63,665 nucleotides of DNA from Myxococcota bacterium. GTDB taxonomy: Bacteria > Myxococcota_A > UBA796 > CAJQPC01. The stretch spans positions 1-63,665 of the forward strand of contig DASCPX010000248.1 of the NCBI GenBank assembly GCA_036012755.1. Direction: 5' to 3'. Positions 27,683 to 41,023 of the stretch are shown here, one piece after another (positions within the stretch are counted from its first letter, which is position 1; the number at the start of each line of letters is the position of its first letter). A program made the position numbers and the translations under genes. The notes under the pieces are model-generated. The model had not been told where the DNA came from. It ran no database searches and was given only the letters and a program-made list of their open reading frames with translations.

Positions 27683-29503
27683 ATGATCAGTCTTCTGCTC
27701 GCTCTGTCGCTGCCCGCCGACGCGGCCGTCTCGGGACGGGTCAAGGCCAGCTCCTACCTCGTCGATCCAGAGGACAAGGCGCTCCGCCACACGGCGGACC
27801 AGGCCGTCGACGGGCTCCTGAAGTCCGGATGGGGCGAGGCCGAGGACGGCTATGGCGAGGGCTCGTGGCTCGAGATCGACCTGGGCCGCACGACCACTGT
27901 CAGCGAGATCAGCATCTGGCCGGGCAACCTGGCCGAGGGCAAGAAGTCCTACCGCGAATACAGCCGCCCCAAGAAGGTGATGGTCAGCGTCGGCGGTCAA
28001 GAGCACGAGGTCGTGATGCTCGATCGCATCCAGCGCTTCGACCTCCAGCTGGAGGAGCCCGTCGAGGCCCGCAAGATCCGGCTGGAGGTGGTCGAGGTCT
28101 ACGAGGGCTTCGTCTTCTCGGACTGCTTCATCGCAGAGGTCGGCGTCGACTTCCACAGCTCGCGCGAGAAGCTCGCGCCGCTCTTGAAGTGGATGGACTC
28201 CGAGGCGGCGGACGCGGCCTGGACCGCCCACGACGAAGAGGTCCGCGCCACCTTCATCGAGATCACGGAGGCCGAGTTCGGCGACCAGGCCAAGCTCGAG
28301 TGGATCATGGACCAGGCGGGCGACGGGGCGACCTTCCTCAGGGAGCGCGCGGTCGCCCTGGTCGACGTGGGCTACCGGGCGGCGGCCATCCGGCCTGACG
28401 AGACCGCCATCGACGCCCTCGCCAAGCTCAAGGACGCCAACAGCATTCCGGCCTTGGAGATGGCCCAGCTTCGCAGCTGGGGCGCCCAGCGCGACGAGCT
28501 CGCCGAGCTGGTCGAGATCTTCTACGCCTACCAGCAGCTCATCGGCGGCCCCTCCCTGAACGTGCCCTACTGGAGCGAGACGGGCTGGACCCTCGGCCAG
28601 ATCCAGAGCTTCGGCGAGCCCGTCCCCATCGAGATCGATCCAGACGGTGACCTCTACGTGGCGGACATCGGCAACAACCGGGTCCAGCGCTTCACCTACG
28701 AGGGTCGGGCCGACAAGCAGTGGGGCGGAGCAGAGGCCGACATCGCGAACGTCTGGTTCGACGTCGGGCGCCCCTGGTACGTGAGCGGCGCCAAGCCGGG
28801 CACGAAGAACAACCAGTTCGAGACACCGCTGGACGTCGAGCTGATCCCCATGGGAGAGGGCACCGGGTTCGCGGTCCTCGACGCCACCAAGCGCGTCCAG
28901 CTCTACGACGAAGAGGGCAGGGCGCTCATCGGCTGGCCCATCAACAACAACAGCCAGCTCGATGACGGCGTGGGAGGAGAGGCCTACCTCGGCTGGGTCC
29001 CGCGGAAGCAGGCCCTCTACGTCGTGCTCGGCGACGAGCTCATCGCCTTCTCACTCCAGGCCGAGGAGCTCGGCCGCTGGGAGCTCGAGGACGGCACGCC
29101 AAACGCGCTGGAGGTCGGCAAGAACAACAAGCTGTACTTCGTCTATGGGCGCGAGGTCGTTCTCTACGACCTCGACGGCTACCGGCACGGCACGATCTGG
29201 GACCAGGACGTGCTCGGCCTGGGCTTCGAGGACATGGACATCACCATCGACGAAAACGGCCAGCTCTGGGTCGTCACCGACCAGGGCTGGGTCCACAAGA
29301 TGAAGAACCACCGCAAGGTCGAGTACTCGGTGAGGTTCTCCGAGGTGTCCCTCATCCAGCCGCGCATCGCCGTGGCAGAGGACATCCTCTACTGCGTGGA
29401 CCGCGATCGCATCATCCGGCTCGACGCGCTCCAGGCCAAGATCGACGCCGAGGAGTTGGAGAAGGAGCTGGCCGAGCAGGCGGCGCTGGAGGGTGCGCTT
29501 TGA
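27683..29503 (+). CDS. Secreted protein: discoidin/F5-8-like domain, helical linker and NHL beta-propeller
   Basis: ASSYL...AVDG...WGE...GEGSWLEIDLG; DLYVADIGNNRVQRF; QFETPLDV. Confidence 0.75.
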   Translation: MISLLLALSLPADAAVSGRVKASSYLVDPEDKALRHTADQAVDGLLKSGWGEAEDGYGEGSWLEIDLGRTTTVSEISIWPGNLAEGKKSYREYSRPKKVMVSVGGQEHEVVMLDRIQRFDLQLEEPVEARKIRLEVVEVYEGFVFSDCFIAEVGVDFHSSREKLAPLLKWMDSEAADAAWTAHDEEVRATFIEITEAEFGDQAKLEWIMDQAGDGATFLRERAVALVDVGYRAAAIRPDETAIDALAKLKDANSIPALEMAQLRSWGAQRDELAELVEIFYAYQQLIGGPSLNVPYWSETGWTLGQIQSFGEPVPIEIDPDGDLYVADIGNNRVQRFTYEGRADKQWGGAEADIANVWFDVGRPWYVSGAKPGTKNNQFETPLDVELIPMGEGTGFAVLDATKRVQLYDEEGRALIGWPINNNSQLDDGVGGEAYLGWVPRKQALYVVLGDELIAFSLQAEELGRWELEDGTPNALEVGKNNKLYFVYGREVVLYDLDGYRHGTIWDQDVLGLGFEDMDITIDENGQLWVVTDQGWVHKMKNHRKVEYSVRFSEVSLIQPRIAVAEDILYCVDRDRIIRLDALQAKIDAEELEKELAEQAALEGAL

Positions 29504-29505
29504 AC

Positions 29506-30753
29506 ATGCGCGGCGGGAGGGTCGCTGTACTCGCCGCGGTGGGCCTCGCCATCATCCTGGTGATCAAGTGGTGGGACAAGGACGAGGCTGAGCCCGTGGG
29601 CTTCCCGGAGCCAGAGGCTGGAGCAGACGCCCAGCAGCCCCGGACCCCCAGCCAGCGGGCGCGTACCCCCTTCGTGACGGTCTCCGGACCGGATCTGGAG
29701 CAGGCGGTGTCGGTGTTGACCAAGGTCGTCGACGAGCACGCCAGCGACCCAGGCAATCCCTGGGCGATCGCGCACGGTGTGCTCGCTCGGGGAGAGGCCT
29801 TCACGGTCGACGGCGAGCCGGCGGTCCCATTCCTCTACGAGAACTACGCCGAGGTACAGCAGATAGGTGATGACAAGCTCGTCGCCTTCCCTCGCAAGAA
29901 CGACGCCGGGGTCGAGATCGAGCCTCACACCGACCTGGTGCTCAAGGCCATCACAGAGGTCGGCGTCGATCCCCACACCGTCGTACACGTCAGCGGCGAG
30001 GAGTTCGAGGTCGCCGACACCTGGCGCCACTCGCTGGCGACCACCTACCTCGACAAGAGCACGGGCGACTCCTCCTACGACTCCCCCAACGACATGCCCT
30101 GGGGCGTTCAGGCCCTCGCGCTGTGGGCTCCGCCGGATCTTCGCTGGAAGTCGTTCACCGGCACCGAGATGACGATGGACGACCTCGCCAAGCTCATGGT
30201 GCACGTGCTGACCAAGGAGTCCGACTTCATGATCCGCTCGATGATGGCGGGCGAGGACTTCGAGAAGCGCAGGCAGGGGGTGCTCGCCTACACCTGCGGC
30301 GGAGCCCACCTGCTCCAGGGCTCCATCGCCGTGGTCGCCGGGGGCTTCGGTGGGACCGACGAGCGGGAGAAGATGCGGGTGCAGGGCCAGCTGTCGTTCT
30401 ACCGCTTCCCGGTCGAGATCGGCATCTACGACAAGGCGATGCAGGAGCACCCGGAGCACCGCCTGGTGCTCATGTCCCAGCAGCTGAAGTTCACGGGCCA
30501 CTGGCTCGAGAGCGTGCACAAGCTGATGGCGGCCGGCCTCTACGAGCCCAACGCGATCGAGCAGCAGACACTGAGCACGGCCATCGACGTGCTCATCTCG
30601 ACCACCAAGGAGCTCAAGGCGCTGGGAGCCTTCGACAACCTCGAGCAGATCGACACGGAGAACCACCAGCTCTACCTGGACCTGGTCGGTGACTCGGCCC
30701 ACGCGATTCGGGGTGTGGAGCTGGCGACCGGGCGCCAGGAGTTCCTCTACTGA
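29506..30753 (+). CDS. Membrane-anchored hypothetical protein
   Basis: N-terminal TM; conserved-looking NPWAIAHG, YTCGGAHL, LKFTGHWLE and GDSAHA. Confidence 0.8.
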   Translation: MRGGRVAVLAAVGLAIILVIKWWDKDEAEPVGFPEPEAGADAQQPRTPSQRARTPFVTVSGPDLEQAVSVLTKVVDEHASDPGNPWAIAHGVLARGEAFTVDGEPAVPFLYENYAEVQQIGDDKLVAFPRKNDAGVEIEPHTDLVLKAITEVGVDPHTVVHVSGEEFEVADTWRHSLATTYLDKSTGDSSYDSPNDMPWGVQALALWAPPDLRWKSFTGTEMTMDDLAKLMVHVLTKESDFMIRSMMAGEDFEKRRQGVLAYTCGGAHLLQGSIAVVAGGFGGTDEREKMRVQGQLSFYRFPVEIGIYDKAMQEHPEHRLVLMSQQLKFTGHWLESVHKLMAAGLYEPNAIEQQTLSTAIDVLISTTKELKALGAFDNLEQIDTENHQLYLDLVGDSAHAIRGVELATGRQEFLY

Positions 30754-30754
30754 G

Positions 30755-31075
30755 CTACGCCGCTCTGCGGACGGGGGTCCTGAGGCAGCAGGCGGCGAGG
30801 GCGCCGCGGACCGTCTCGAGGTCCAGGTCACGGCTCTTCGGGGAGGAGCCGTAGTAGTAGTGGCACACGACCTCGCTGGAGGAGACCTCGATGCGGACCC
30901 GGTGGGCGAAGACCGCCGTGACGCTGCCTCGCCCGCGCATCACGACCAGCTTCGGTCCATAGCGGCGCTGGAGCTCTCCCACGACGATGTCGGGGAGCAC
31001 GGCGTGGGGGGGCCGAAGGGCGTGGGCGTCTCGGCGGTGGACCACGATGTCGATGGGCACGTATGTCACGCTCAT
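30755..31075 (-). CDS. Small hypothetical protein
   Basis: 106-aa ORF filling the gap between two genes; GC3-rich codons. Confidence 0.55.
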   Translation of the reverse strand: MSVTYVPIDIVVHRRDAHALRPPHAVLPDIVVGELQRRYGPKLVVMRGRGSVTAVFAHRVRIEVSSSEVVCHYYYGSSPKSRDLDLETVRGALAACCLRTPVRRAA

Positions 31076-31101
31076 CTCATCGGAACGCCCGGGGCCCGAC
31101 C

Positions 31102-31719
<618 letters not shown>

Positions 31720-31763
31720 CTTGTCCTCCGACAGCATGTTAGACGCCTTGGCTCGGAGGCCGC

Positions 31764-33590
31764 ATGGACCTGCAGCAGAAAGGCGATCCGGCGTCGGGCC
31801 GCATCTACACACCGGAGGCTGGCGAGGTCGGGCTGACACCGCGGGCGGTGATCGCCGGCATCCTGCTCGGCAGCGTCGTCTCTGCGATGAACATCTACCT
31901 GGGTCTCCGCATCGGCTGGTCCTTCGGTGGCTCGCTCATCGCCGCGATCCTGGGCTTCGCCATTTTCGCCACGCTGGGCTCCGCTGGCCTCCTGAAGACG
32001 AAGTACACCGTGCTCGAGGCCAACATCACCCAGACCGCGGGCTCCGCGGCGGGCACGATGACCTCTGCAGCCGGGCTGCTCGCGGCGATTCCGGCCATGC
32101 GCATGCTCGGCTACGAGTTCAGCTGGGCGGAGCTCACCCTGTGGTCCTTCTCCGTCGCCTACCTGGGGGTGTTCTTCGCGGTCCCGCTGCGCAGGCAGAT
32201 GGTGCTGGTCGAGAAGCTGCGCTTCCCGACGGGCACGGCGACCGCCCAGACGATCATGGCCATGTTCGCCTCCGGCAGCGACGCCCTGGTCAAGGCGCGG
32301 GCGCTGTTGTGGCTCGGCGGTGGGGCCTTCGTGTTCACCATCGGGACCCACTTCATCCCGGTGATGGAGCACCCTCCGGTCTTCGAGCTCGTGGGACTCT
32401 CGATCATCTCCGTGTGGTCCTTCTCGCTGCTGGTCTCTCCGATGATGACCGGCGCTGGCATGCTCATGGGGCCTCGAGTCGGGACCTCGCTCTTCCTCGG
32501 GGCGGTGCTCGGCTGGGCCGTCCTGGGCCCCTTCGCCGTGTCCCAGGGCTGGACCGCGGGTCCCGTGCTCGGCGAGGACGGTGTGTGGACCGGCGGCGAC
32601 CTGATGTCGTACGGCGAGGGTGTGCGCGGTTGGATCCTGTGGCCGGGTGTCGCCATCATGGTCTCGGACTCCCTGACCTCGCTGGCGCTGTCCTGGCGGA
32701 CGATCCTCAACACCTTCAAGAAGAAGGTGGCGGCCGACGAGGTGATCGAGGATCACCCCGACCAGATCCCGAACGCCTGGTGGATGGGTGGCTTGGCGGT
32801 CGCAGCCTCTGCCACGGTGGGGGCCACGTACTTCCTCTTCGAGATCCCGATCCTCTTCAGCATCATCGCCATCATCCTCAGCTCGGTGCTGGCGATGATC
32901 GCGGTCCGCTCGACCGGGGAGACCGACATCAACCCCGTCGGCGGCATGGGCAAGGTCACCCAGCTGGTCTTTGGTGCGCTGGCCCCCGGGATGATCGCCA
33001 CGAACCTCATGTCCGCCGCGGTCACGGGCTCCGGCGCCAGCCAGGCCGGCGACATGATGCAGGATCTGAAGACCGGGCACATGCTCGGCGCATCGCCTCG
33101 CCAGCAGTTCAAGGCGCAGCTGATGGGCATCCCCTTCGGGATCGTCTGCGCCGTGCCCATCTTCATGCTCTTCGATCATGTCTACGAGATCGGGGGCGAG
33201 GAGATCCCGGCTCCTGCAGCCCACGCCTGGAGAGCCGTCGCGGAGCTGCTGGCCCAGGGGCTGGATGCCCTTCCGCCGATGGCGACCTACGCCGTCGCCG
33301 GCGGCTTCCTCCTGGGCATCATCGTCCCGGTCATCCGCAAGCTCGCCCCAGCCGGCGTCAAGCCCTACGTGCCCTCCACGCTGGCGATCGGCATCGCCTT
33401 CATCGTGCCCGCCTACTACGCGGTGGCGATGTTCATCGGCTCGATGATCCTGGTGGTCTGGGGCAAGGTGAACAAGAAGCAGGCCACCGCGCTGTCCTTC
33501 GCCGTGGCCTCTGGCCTGGTCGCGGGCGAGGGCCTCGCGGGGATCCCGAAGGCGCTGCTCGTGATGTTCGGGGTGCCTTCGCTGTTCTGA
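31764..33590 (+). CDS. OPT family oligopeptide transporter
   Basis: LTPRA, NIYLGLRIG, EANITQTAGSA, LRFPTGTATA, GETDINP, MQDLKTG and PAPAA motifs. Confidence 0.95.
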   Translation: MDLQQKGDPASGRIYTPEAGEVGLTPRAVIAGILLGSVVSAMNIYLGLRIGWSFGGSLIAAILGFAIFATLGSAGLLKTKYTVLEANITQTAGSAAGTMTSAAGLLAAIPAMRMLGYEFSWAELTLWSFSVAYLGVFFAVPLRRQMVLVEKLRFPTGTATAQTIMAMFASGSDALVKARALLWLGGGAFVFTIGTHFIPVMEHPPVFELVGLSIISVWSFSLLVSPMMTGAGMLMGPRVGTSLFLGAVLGWAVLGPFAVSQGWTAGPVLGEDGVWTGGDLMSYGEGVRGWILWPGVAIMVSDSLTSLALSWRTILNTFKKKVAADEVIEDHPDQIPNAWWMGGLAVAASATVGATYFLFEIPILFSIIAIILSSVLAMIAVRSTGETDINPVGGMGKVTQLVFGALAPGMIATNLMSAAVTGSGASQAGDMMQDLKTGHMLGASPRQQFKAQLMGIPFGIVCAVPIFMLFDHVYEIGGEEIPAPAAHAWRAVAELLAQGLDALPPMATYAVAGGFLLGIIVPVIRKLAPAGVKPYVPSTLAIGIAFIVPAYYAVAMFIGSMILVVWGKVNKKQATALSFAVASGLVAGEGLAGIPKALLVMFGVPSLF

Positions 33591-34628
33591 TCAGTCGCCG
33601 GGCGTCTCCGACATCGCCTGCTGGGCCATCCAGCCGATCTGCACCTGCAGGGTGCGCTCCACCAGCGGGATGTCGCTCGCCGCACGGCCGGTCTCCAGCG
33701 CCTTGACCAGGACGGCTGCGGTCTGGGCAAGGTCCACGTCCCCAGCGGCCCGGGCGGCGCTCGCGGCCAGGCGGGCGCGCCGGATCCACTCGGGTCGGAC
33801 ACCTTCGAGGGCACCTCCGGCAGCAGCGGAGAGCTCCTCCGCCATGTTCGGGGGGCTGTCGTCGTCGAGCTTGTTGGAGATCTTCGTGATGACCTCCTCG
33901 ATGGCAGCTGGCGCCACCGGCCAGAGCTGGAACCAGGGGTGGGTGCCGAGAACGCTGGTGCCCGTGAGGTCATCGTCGTCCCGCTCGAGGCCGCGGAGCG
34001 GATCGAGCAGGCGCGCCGAGTTCATCACGCCCTCCGGGATGTGGGTGGCGAAGTGGTCCCACTCGTGGGGGTAGCGACCGGTGAGGGCCTTCGCGACCTC
34101 GAGGGCTGGCAGCATGTGACCGACGGCCTCTGAGAAGGGCAGCTCCACGAGGCCGGGGCCGTTGGCGGCGAGGTCTTTCTTGAGGCTCCGCAGCTGGCCG
34201 CGGGACAGGTGGCCGTGGCTGAGGCCCCGGAGACCCTCCTGGCCGCCGAAGTGGCCCATCAACAGGCAGGTGCCGTCCTCGTCGGTGTAGGCCAGGAAGA
34301 ACTCGCTGTAGCCCTCTGGTGAGGGCGGCCCGACGAAGGAGGTGGGCGGCACTCGCGCGGCATCGGAGCCCAGCGTGAAGGCCGTGCGGGTCCGGGTGGG
34401 CGTCTCGACCGCCACACCCTTGCTCTTCAGGCGGTGCAGCGCCTTGCGCGCGAGCTTCCGATGTGGCCCCCCCTCCAGACCCTGGAGCAGCCCGACGAGC
34501 TCCAGTTGGACGGCTGCCTCGAGAGCGAGGGCGACATCGCCGGCCTCGATCGCTGCCGTCACGGCTGTCTGCCCGCCCTCGACCAGCCTGGCGACGCCTG
34601 CCTTGTCGATCTTCCTCTTCTTCGCCAT
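33591..34628 (-). CDS. Hypothetical protein
   Basis: 345-aa ORF; RKLARKALHRLKSKGV helical motif; divergent from rnpB. Confidence 0.75.
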   Translation of the reverse strand: MAKKRKIDKAGVARLVEGGQTAVTAAIEAGDVALALEAAVQLELVGLLQGLEGGPHRKLARKALHRLKSKGVAVETPTRTRTAFTLGSDAARVPPTSFVGPPSPEGYSEFFLAYTDEDGTCLLMGHFGGQEGLRGLSHGHLSRGQLRSLKKDLAANGPGLVELPFSEAVGHMLPALEVAKALTGRYPHEWDHFATHIPEGVMNSARLLDPLRGLERDDDDLTGTSVLGTHPWFQLWPVAPAAIEEVITKISNKLDDDSPPNMAEELSAAAGGALEGVRPEWIRRARLAASAARAAGDVDLAQTAAVLVKALETGRAASDIPLVERTLQVQIGWMAQQAMSETPGD

Positions 34629-34731
34629 GTCAGTCCCTGCGGTGCGGCCCGATGGCCTTCTTGATGTCCATCCAGCGGTCCTCGTGCCGGCAACGGAGGC
34701 TTAATTCGCCGGGAGTGATTAGGTAGAGCCC

Positions 34732-35175
34732 GGTCGGAGTGGGCCGGGTGTCCGCCGGTGGGTTCGCCCACGGGAGGAAAGTCCGGGCTCCACAGGGCAG
34801 GTTGCCGGGTAACGCCCGGTCGCGGTGACGCGAAGGCAAGTGCAACAGAAAGCAGACCGCCAGCTGAGGCTCCGGACACCGGTCGAGGCCATCCCCGCGC
34901 AAGCGAGGTCGAGCGTCGACGAGGCCCGGCGGAGGTCACTCCGGGCAAGGTCGAAACGGTGGAGTAAGAGCCCACCGGCGACCCTGGTGACAGGGTCGGC
35001 CAGGTAAACCCCAGCTGGAGCAAGGTCGAACGAGGAGCAGTGGGTTGCCCACCCCATGTCTCCCAGGTGGACTGCTCGAGGCCGTCGGTGACGGCGGCCC
35101 TAGACGAATGGACACCGCCCCGCGAAGGGAGACCGACGCGGGGAACAAGACCCGGCTTAGAGGCCCACTCCGACC
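34732..35175 (+). ncRNA. rnpB: RNase P RNA, bacterial type A
   Basis: GAGGAAAGTCCGGGCTCC, AGTGCAACAGAAA, GGTAAACCCC and AACAAGACCCGGCTTA conserved regions; P1 helix GGTCGGAGTGGGCC / GGCCCACTCCGACC. Confidence 0.97.
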
Positions 35176-35182
35176 CCTGTTT

Positions 35183-35884
35183 CTACTCTTCTGCCATTCT
35201 CAAGAAGCGTCCGCAGTGCCGGCAGTACACGACCTCTGTGTCCCGCTGCAGGGCCGAGTACCTCAACCCGTCCATCGAGCAGTGGCAGCCACCACAGGTC
35301 TGGTCCTTGACCTTGGCGAAGACAGACACCTTCTTGGTGCGGAGCATGTCGTAGCGGGAGAGCAGGTCTCGCCAGATGCCCTCGCGGGCTGCGTCTCGAC
35401 GCTCCGTGGCTTCCTCGAACTCCGGCTTCAGGATCGGCAGACGGGTGTCGTGCTTCGAGGTCGCTGACTCCAGGCGGTGAACCAGGTGGGCCTGGGCGGC
35501 CTTCGCCCGCTCCTCGGTCGTCTGGGCCTCGTCGATGCGCTCCATCAGCTCCAACAGCTCGGTCTCGACCTCGTCCGCGATCAGGGAGCACTGCTCAGCC
35601 TGCATCATGGCCGCCCGGTAGTCGCTGGCCATGCCGATCTCGATGCTCTTCTTCGCTCGCCCGGCGCGGGTCTGGTAGCTCTCCAGCTTGCGATTGAGGC
35701 GGCGCTCCTCGGCCTGGAGTCCCTCGCGAGCCTCCGCGCTGGAGGCGGTCTTGTGTTCTGCAGCCGTGAGCTCCGCCTGGAGCGTCTTGGTCGCCTGGTG
35801 CAGCGCTCTCCATTCCGACAACAGGCCGTCTCGTGCCTGCTCCTTGTCCCAGAGCGACCAGACCTTCGCGACATCAGGATGCAT
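35183..35884 (-). CDS. Coiled-coil protein with a C4-type zinc ribbon (DUF164/CT398-like)
   Basis: Long coiled coil, then CGGCH...CRHCGRFL; typical position between rpoD/tRNA and rnpB. Confidence 0.9.
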   Translation of the reverse strand: MHPDVAKVWSLWDKEQARDGLLSEWRALHQATKTLQAELTAAEHKTASSAEAREGLQAEERRLNRKLESYQTRAGRAKKSIEIGMASDYRAAMMQAEQCSLIADEVETELLELMERIDEAQTTEERAKAAQAHLVHRLESATSKHDTRLPILKPEFEEATERRDAAREGIWRDLLSRYDMLRTKKVSVFAKVKDQTCGGCHCSMDGLRYSALQRDTEVVYCRHCGRFLRMAEE

Positions 35885-35902
35885 GGGAAGACTCTATGAG
35901 GT

Positions 35903-35976
35903 TGGGCCCACCAGGACTCGAACCTGGAACCAGCCGGGTATGAGCCGGATGCTCTGACCAATTGAGCTATGGGCCC
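35903..35976 (-). tRNA. tRNA with CAT anticodon, most likely tRNA-Ile2 (lysidine)
   Basis: GGGCCCATAGCTCAATTGGTCAGAGCATCCGGCTCATACCCGGCTGGTTCCAGGTTCGAGTCCTGGTGGGCCCA; acceptor stem and position after rpoD fit Ile2; CCA not encoded. Confidence 0.9.
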
Positions 35977-35992
35977 GATAGGGCGCCGGCGA

Positions 35993-37708
<1,716 letters not shown>

Positions 37709-37766
37709 CAAGCGTCCTCGCAGGGTGGTGGGTCCCAGGACATTGGGGAGGTCAGTCGCGAGCCGT

Positions 37767-39524
37767 TCATCGGAGCGGTCCGATCAGAGTCTTCAGCTGA
37801 CGTTGGCGCTCGCAGAGCTCAGCTCGCCTCGAAACCAGTTCACGAATACTTTGCCCGTCTTGAGAGGCCTCGCAAGCAGAAAGTTCCCGACGTAGGTCAC
37901 TTAGACGTCGATCAATGCCGCGAAGCTCGAACCTGGCGAGCACTTGTCGGCACACATCGGCGGCCTGCTGTTGCTCGTAGAGCCCCTCTCGGGCGGCGGC
38001 GGCCTGGAGGACACGCTGCACGTCCGGATCGAGCCCCTCGAGGACCGCGGGCAGGTCCTCGCCGAGCATCAAGCGTGCTGCGGTTCGGCGGACGTCGGCG
38101 CGGTCGCTCACCAGCTCGGGATCGGCGTCTTCGAGCACTACCTTTACCTCTGCGGGGAAGTGGACGAGCAGCCACAAGAGGTGGTTGAGTTCGATGTTCC
38201 CGACCCAGCGGCCGCTGCGGTCGTCGCCCGCCAGCACCGCCTCGTCACGGCTGTTCGTGAGGGCCCGGCGCAGGCTGGCCTCGTCCACGCCGAGGATCCC
38301 CGCTGCGCGGTTGACGGCGAGGCTCCGGCCCTCTGGCACGACGCGGCGGAGCATCGTCAGCGCCTCTCGAACAGCCCGCCGGTCGCCGGGTCCGTGCTCC
38401 TTCACCCTGCGGTGAAGGAAGTCCTCCAAGAGCGGAATGCCCGCCGACACGCGGCCCTCGAAGGCCTCGGCGCCCTCTCGCTGGACGTACTCGTCCGGGT
38501 CCTTGGCCCCCGGCAGCGCCAGCCGTCGCGCGTCCATGCCCGCCTCGAGGAACAGCGGAAGGCTGCGGTCCGCCGCCCTGGTCCCGGCGGCGTCTTGATC
38601 GAAGAGGACCAGGACCTTGTCGGTGAGGCGACGGATCCGCTTGCAATGTTCCAGCGTCAAGGCCGTGCCGCAGGTGGCGATGGTCTCCTCGAAGCCAGCC
38701 TGTGCCAGCGTGATCACGTCGAAGTAACCCTCCACGACAATGGCCCGGTCGGAGCGTTGGATTGCGGCCCGGGCTCCGCAGAGGCCGTACAGCGTTCTCG
38801 ACTTGTCGTAGATGTCCGTCTCTGGAGAGTTGATGTACTTGGGCCCGTCGCCCTCCATCAGGCGGCCCCCGAAGGCGATGGGTCTCTCCCGTTCGTCCAG
38901 GATCGGGATCATGAGCCGATCGCGGAAGAGGTCGTAGTGTGAGCCCCGTTTCTCGTTGACCCGAGCGAGGCCCGCTCGAACGGCGAGCTGGGGATCGATG
39001 CCGTGCCCGTGCAGGTGATCGAGCAGGTTCGTCCAGCCTGGCGGTGCGTAGCCGAGCCGGAAACGAACCGCCGTGTCCCGGTCGATGCCTCGCCCTTCCA
39101 GGTAGTCCCTGGCGGCGCGACCCTCCGGGCGGGTCATCAGGCAGGCGTGGAAGTAGCCGCTGGCGACGTCGGAGGCCCCACGAACCGACGCCCGACGAGC
39201 GAGGCGCTGTCTGTCTTCCTGTGACAGCTCGCGCTCCTCGATGACGACTCCGGCGGGGCCCGCGAGCTCCTTGATGGCCTCTATGAAGGACAGCCCCTGC
39301 AGCTGCATCAGGAACTTGAAGACATCGCCACCGGCTCCACACCCGAAGCAGTGGAAGATGTTCTTGTGCGGGATGACGTGGAAGCTCGGCGTCTTCTCCT
39401 GGTGAAAGGGGCAGAGTCCCTTCATCGAGCTGCCGGAGCGCTTCAGGGTGACGAAGCGCTCGACGACGAGGACGATGTCCGTGTTCGCACGAATGGCGTC
39501 GATCGTCTCGCGCGGAACCGTCAT
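37767..39524 (-). CDS. dnaG: DNA primase
   Basis: [11 protein letters not shown] zinc-binding domain, [15 protein letters not shown] and KDPDE. Confidence 0.98.
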   Translation of the reverse strand: MTVPRETIDAIRANTDIVLVVERFVTLKRSGSSMKGLCPFHQEKTPSFHVIPHKNIFHCFGCGAGGDVFKFLMQLQGLSFIEAIKELAGPAGVVIEERELSQEDRQRLARRASVRGASDVASGYFHACLMTRPEGRAARDYLEGRGIDRDTAVRFRLGYAPPGWTNLLDHLHGHGIDPQLAVRAGLARVNEKRGSHYDLFRDRLMIPILDERERPIAFGGRLMEGDGPKYINSPETDIYDKSRTLYGLCGARAAIQRSDRAIVVEGYFDVITLAQAGFEETIATCGTALTLEHCKRIRRLTDKVLVLFDQDAAGTRAADRSLPLFLEAGMDARRLALPGAKDPDEYVQREGAEAFEGRVSAGIPLLEDFLHRRVKEHGPGDRRAVREALTMLRRVVPEGRSLAVNRAAGILGVDEASLRRALTNSRDEAVLAGDDRSGRWVGNIELNHLLWLLVHFPAEVKVVLEDADPELVSDRADVRRTAARLMLGEDLPAVLEGLDPDVQRVLQAAAAREGLYEQQQAADVCRQVLARFELRGIDRRLSDLRRELSACEASQDGQSIRELVSRRAELCERQRQLKTLIGPLR

Positions 39525-39550
39525 GACAACGGCCTAACCACCGTCCCTGT

Positions 39551-40861
<1,311 letters not shown>

Positions 40862-41023
40862 GCGGCGATGACTCCAAGATGGAGGTGGACGATTGCGAGT
40901 GCTCGTCCGGAGAGGGGACCAGGATAGGGCCGGGATGATCCCGGGTCAACGGTCGCCCCTGCGGCTTGCACGTCCGCCTACGGAGCAAGAGGCGTGCCAG
41001 GGTCGGCTGGGTATCATGAGGCG

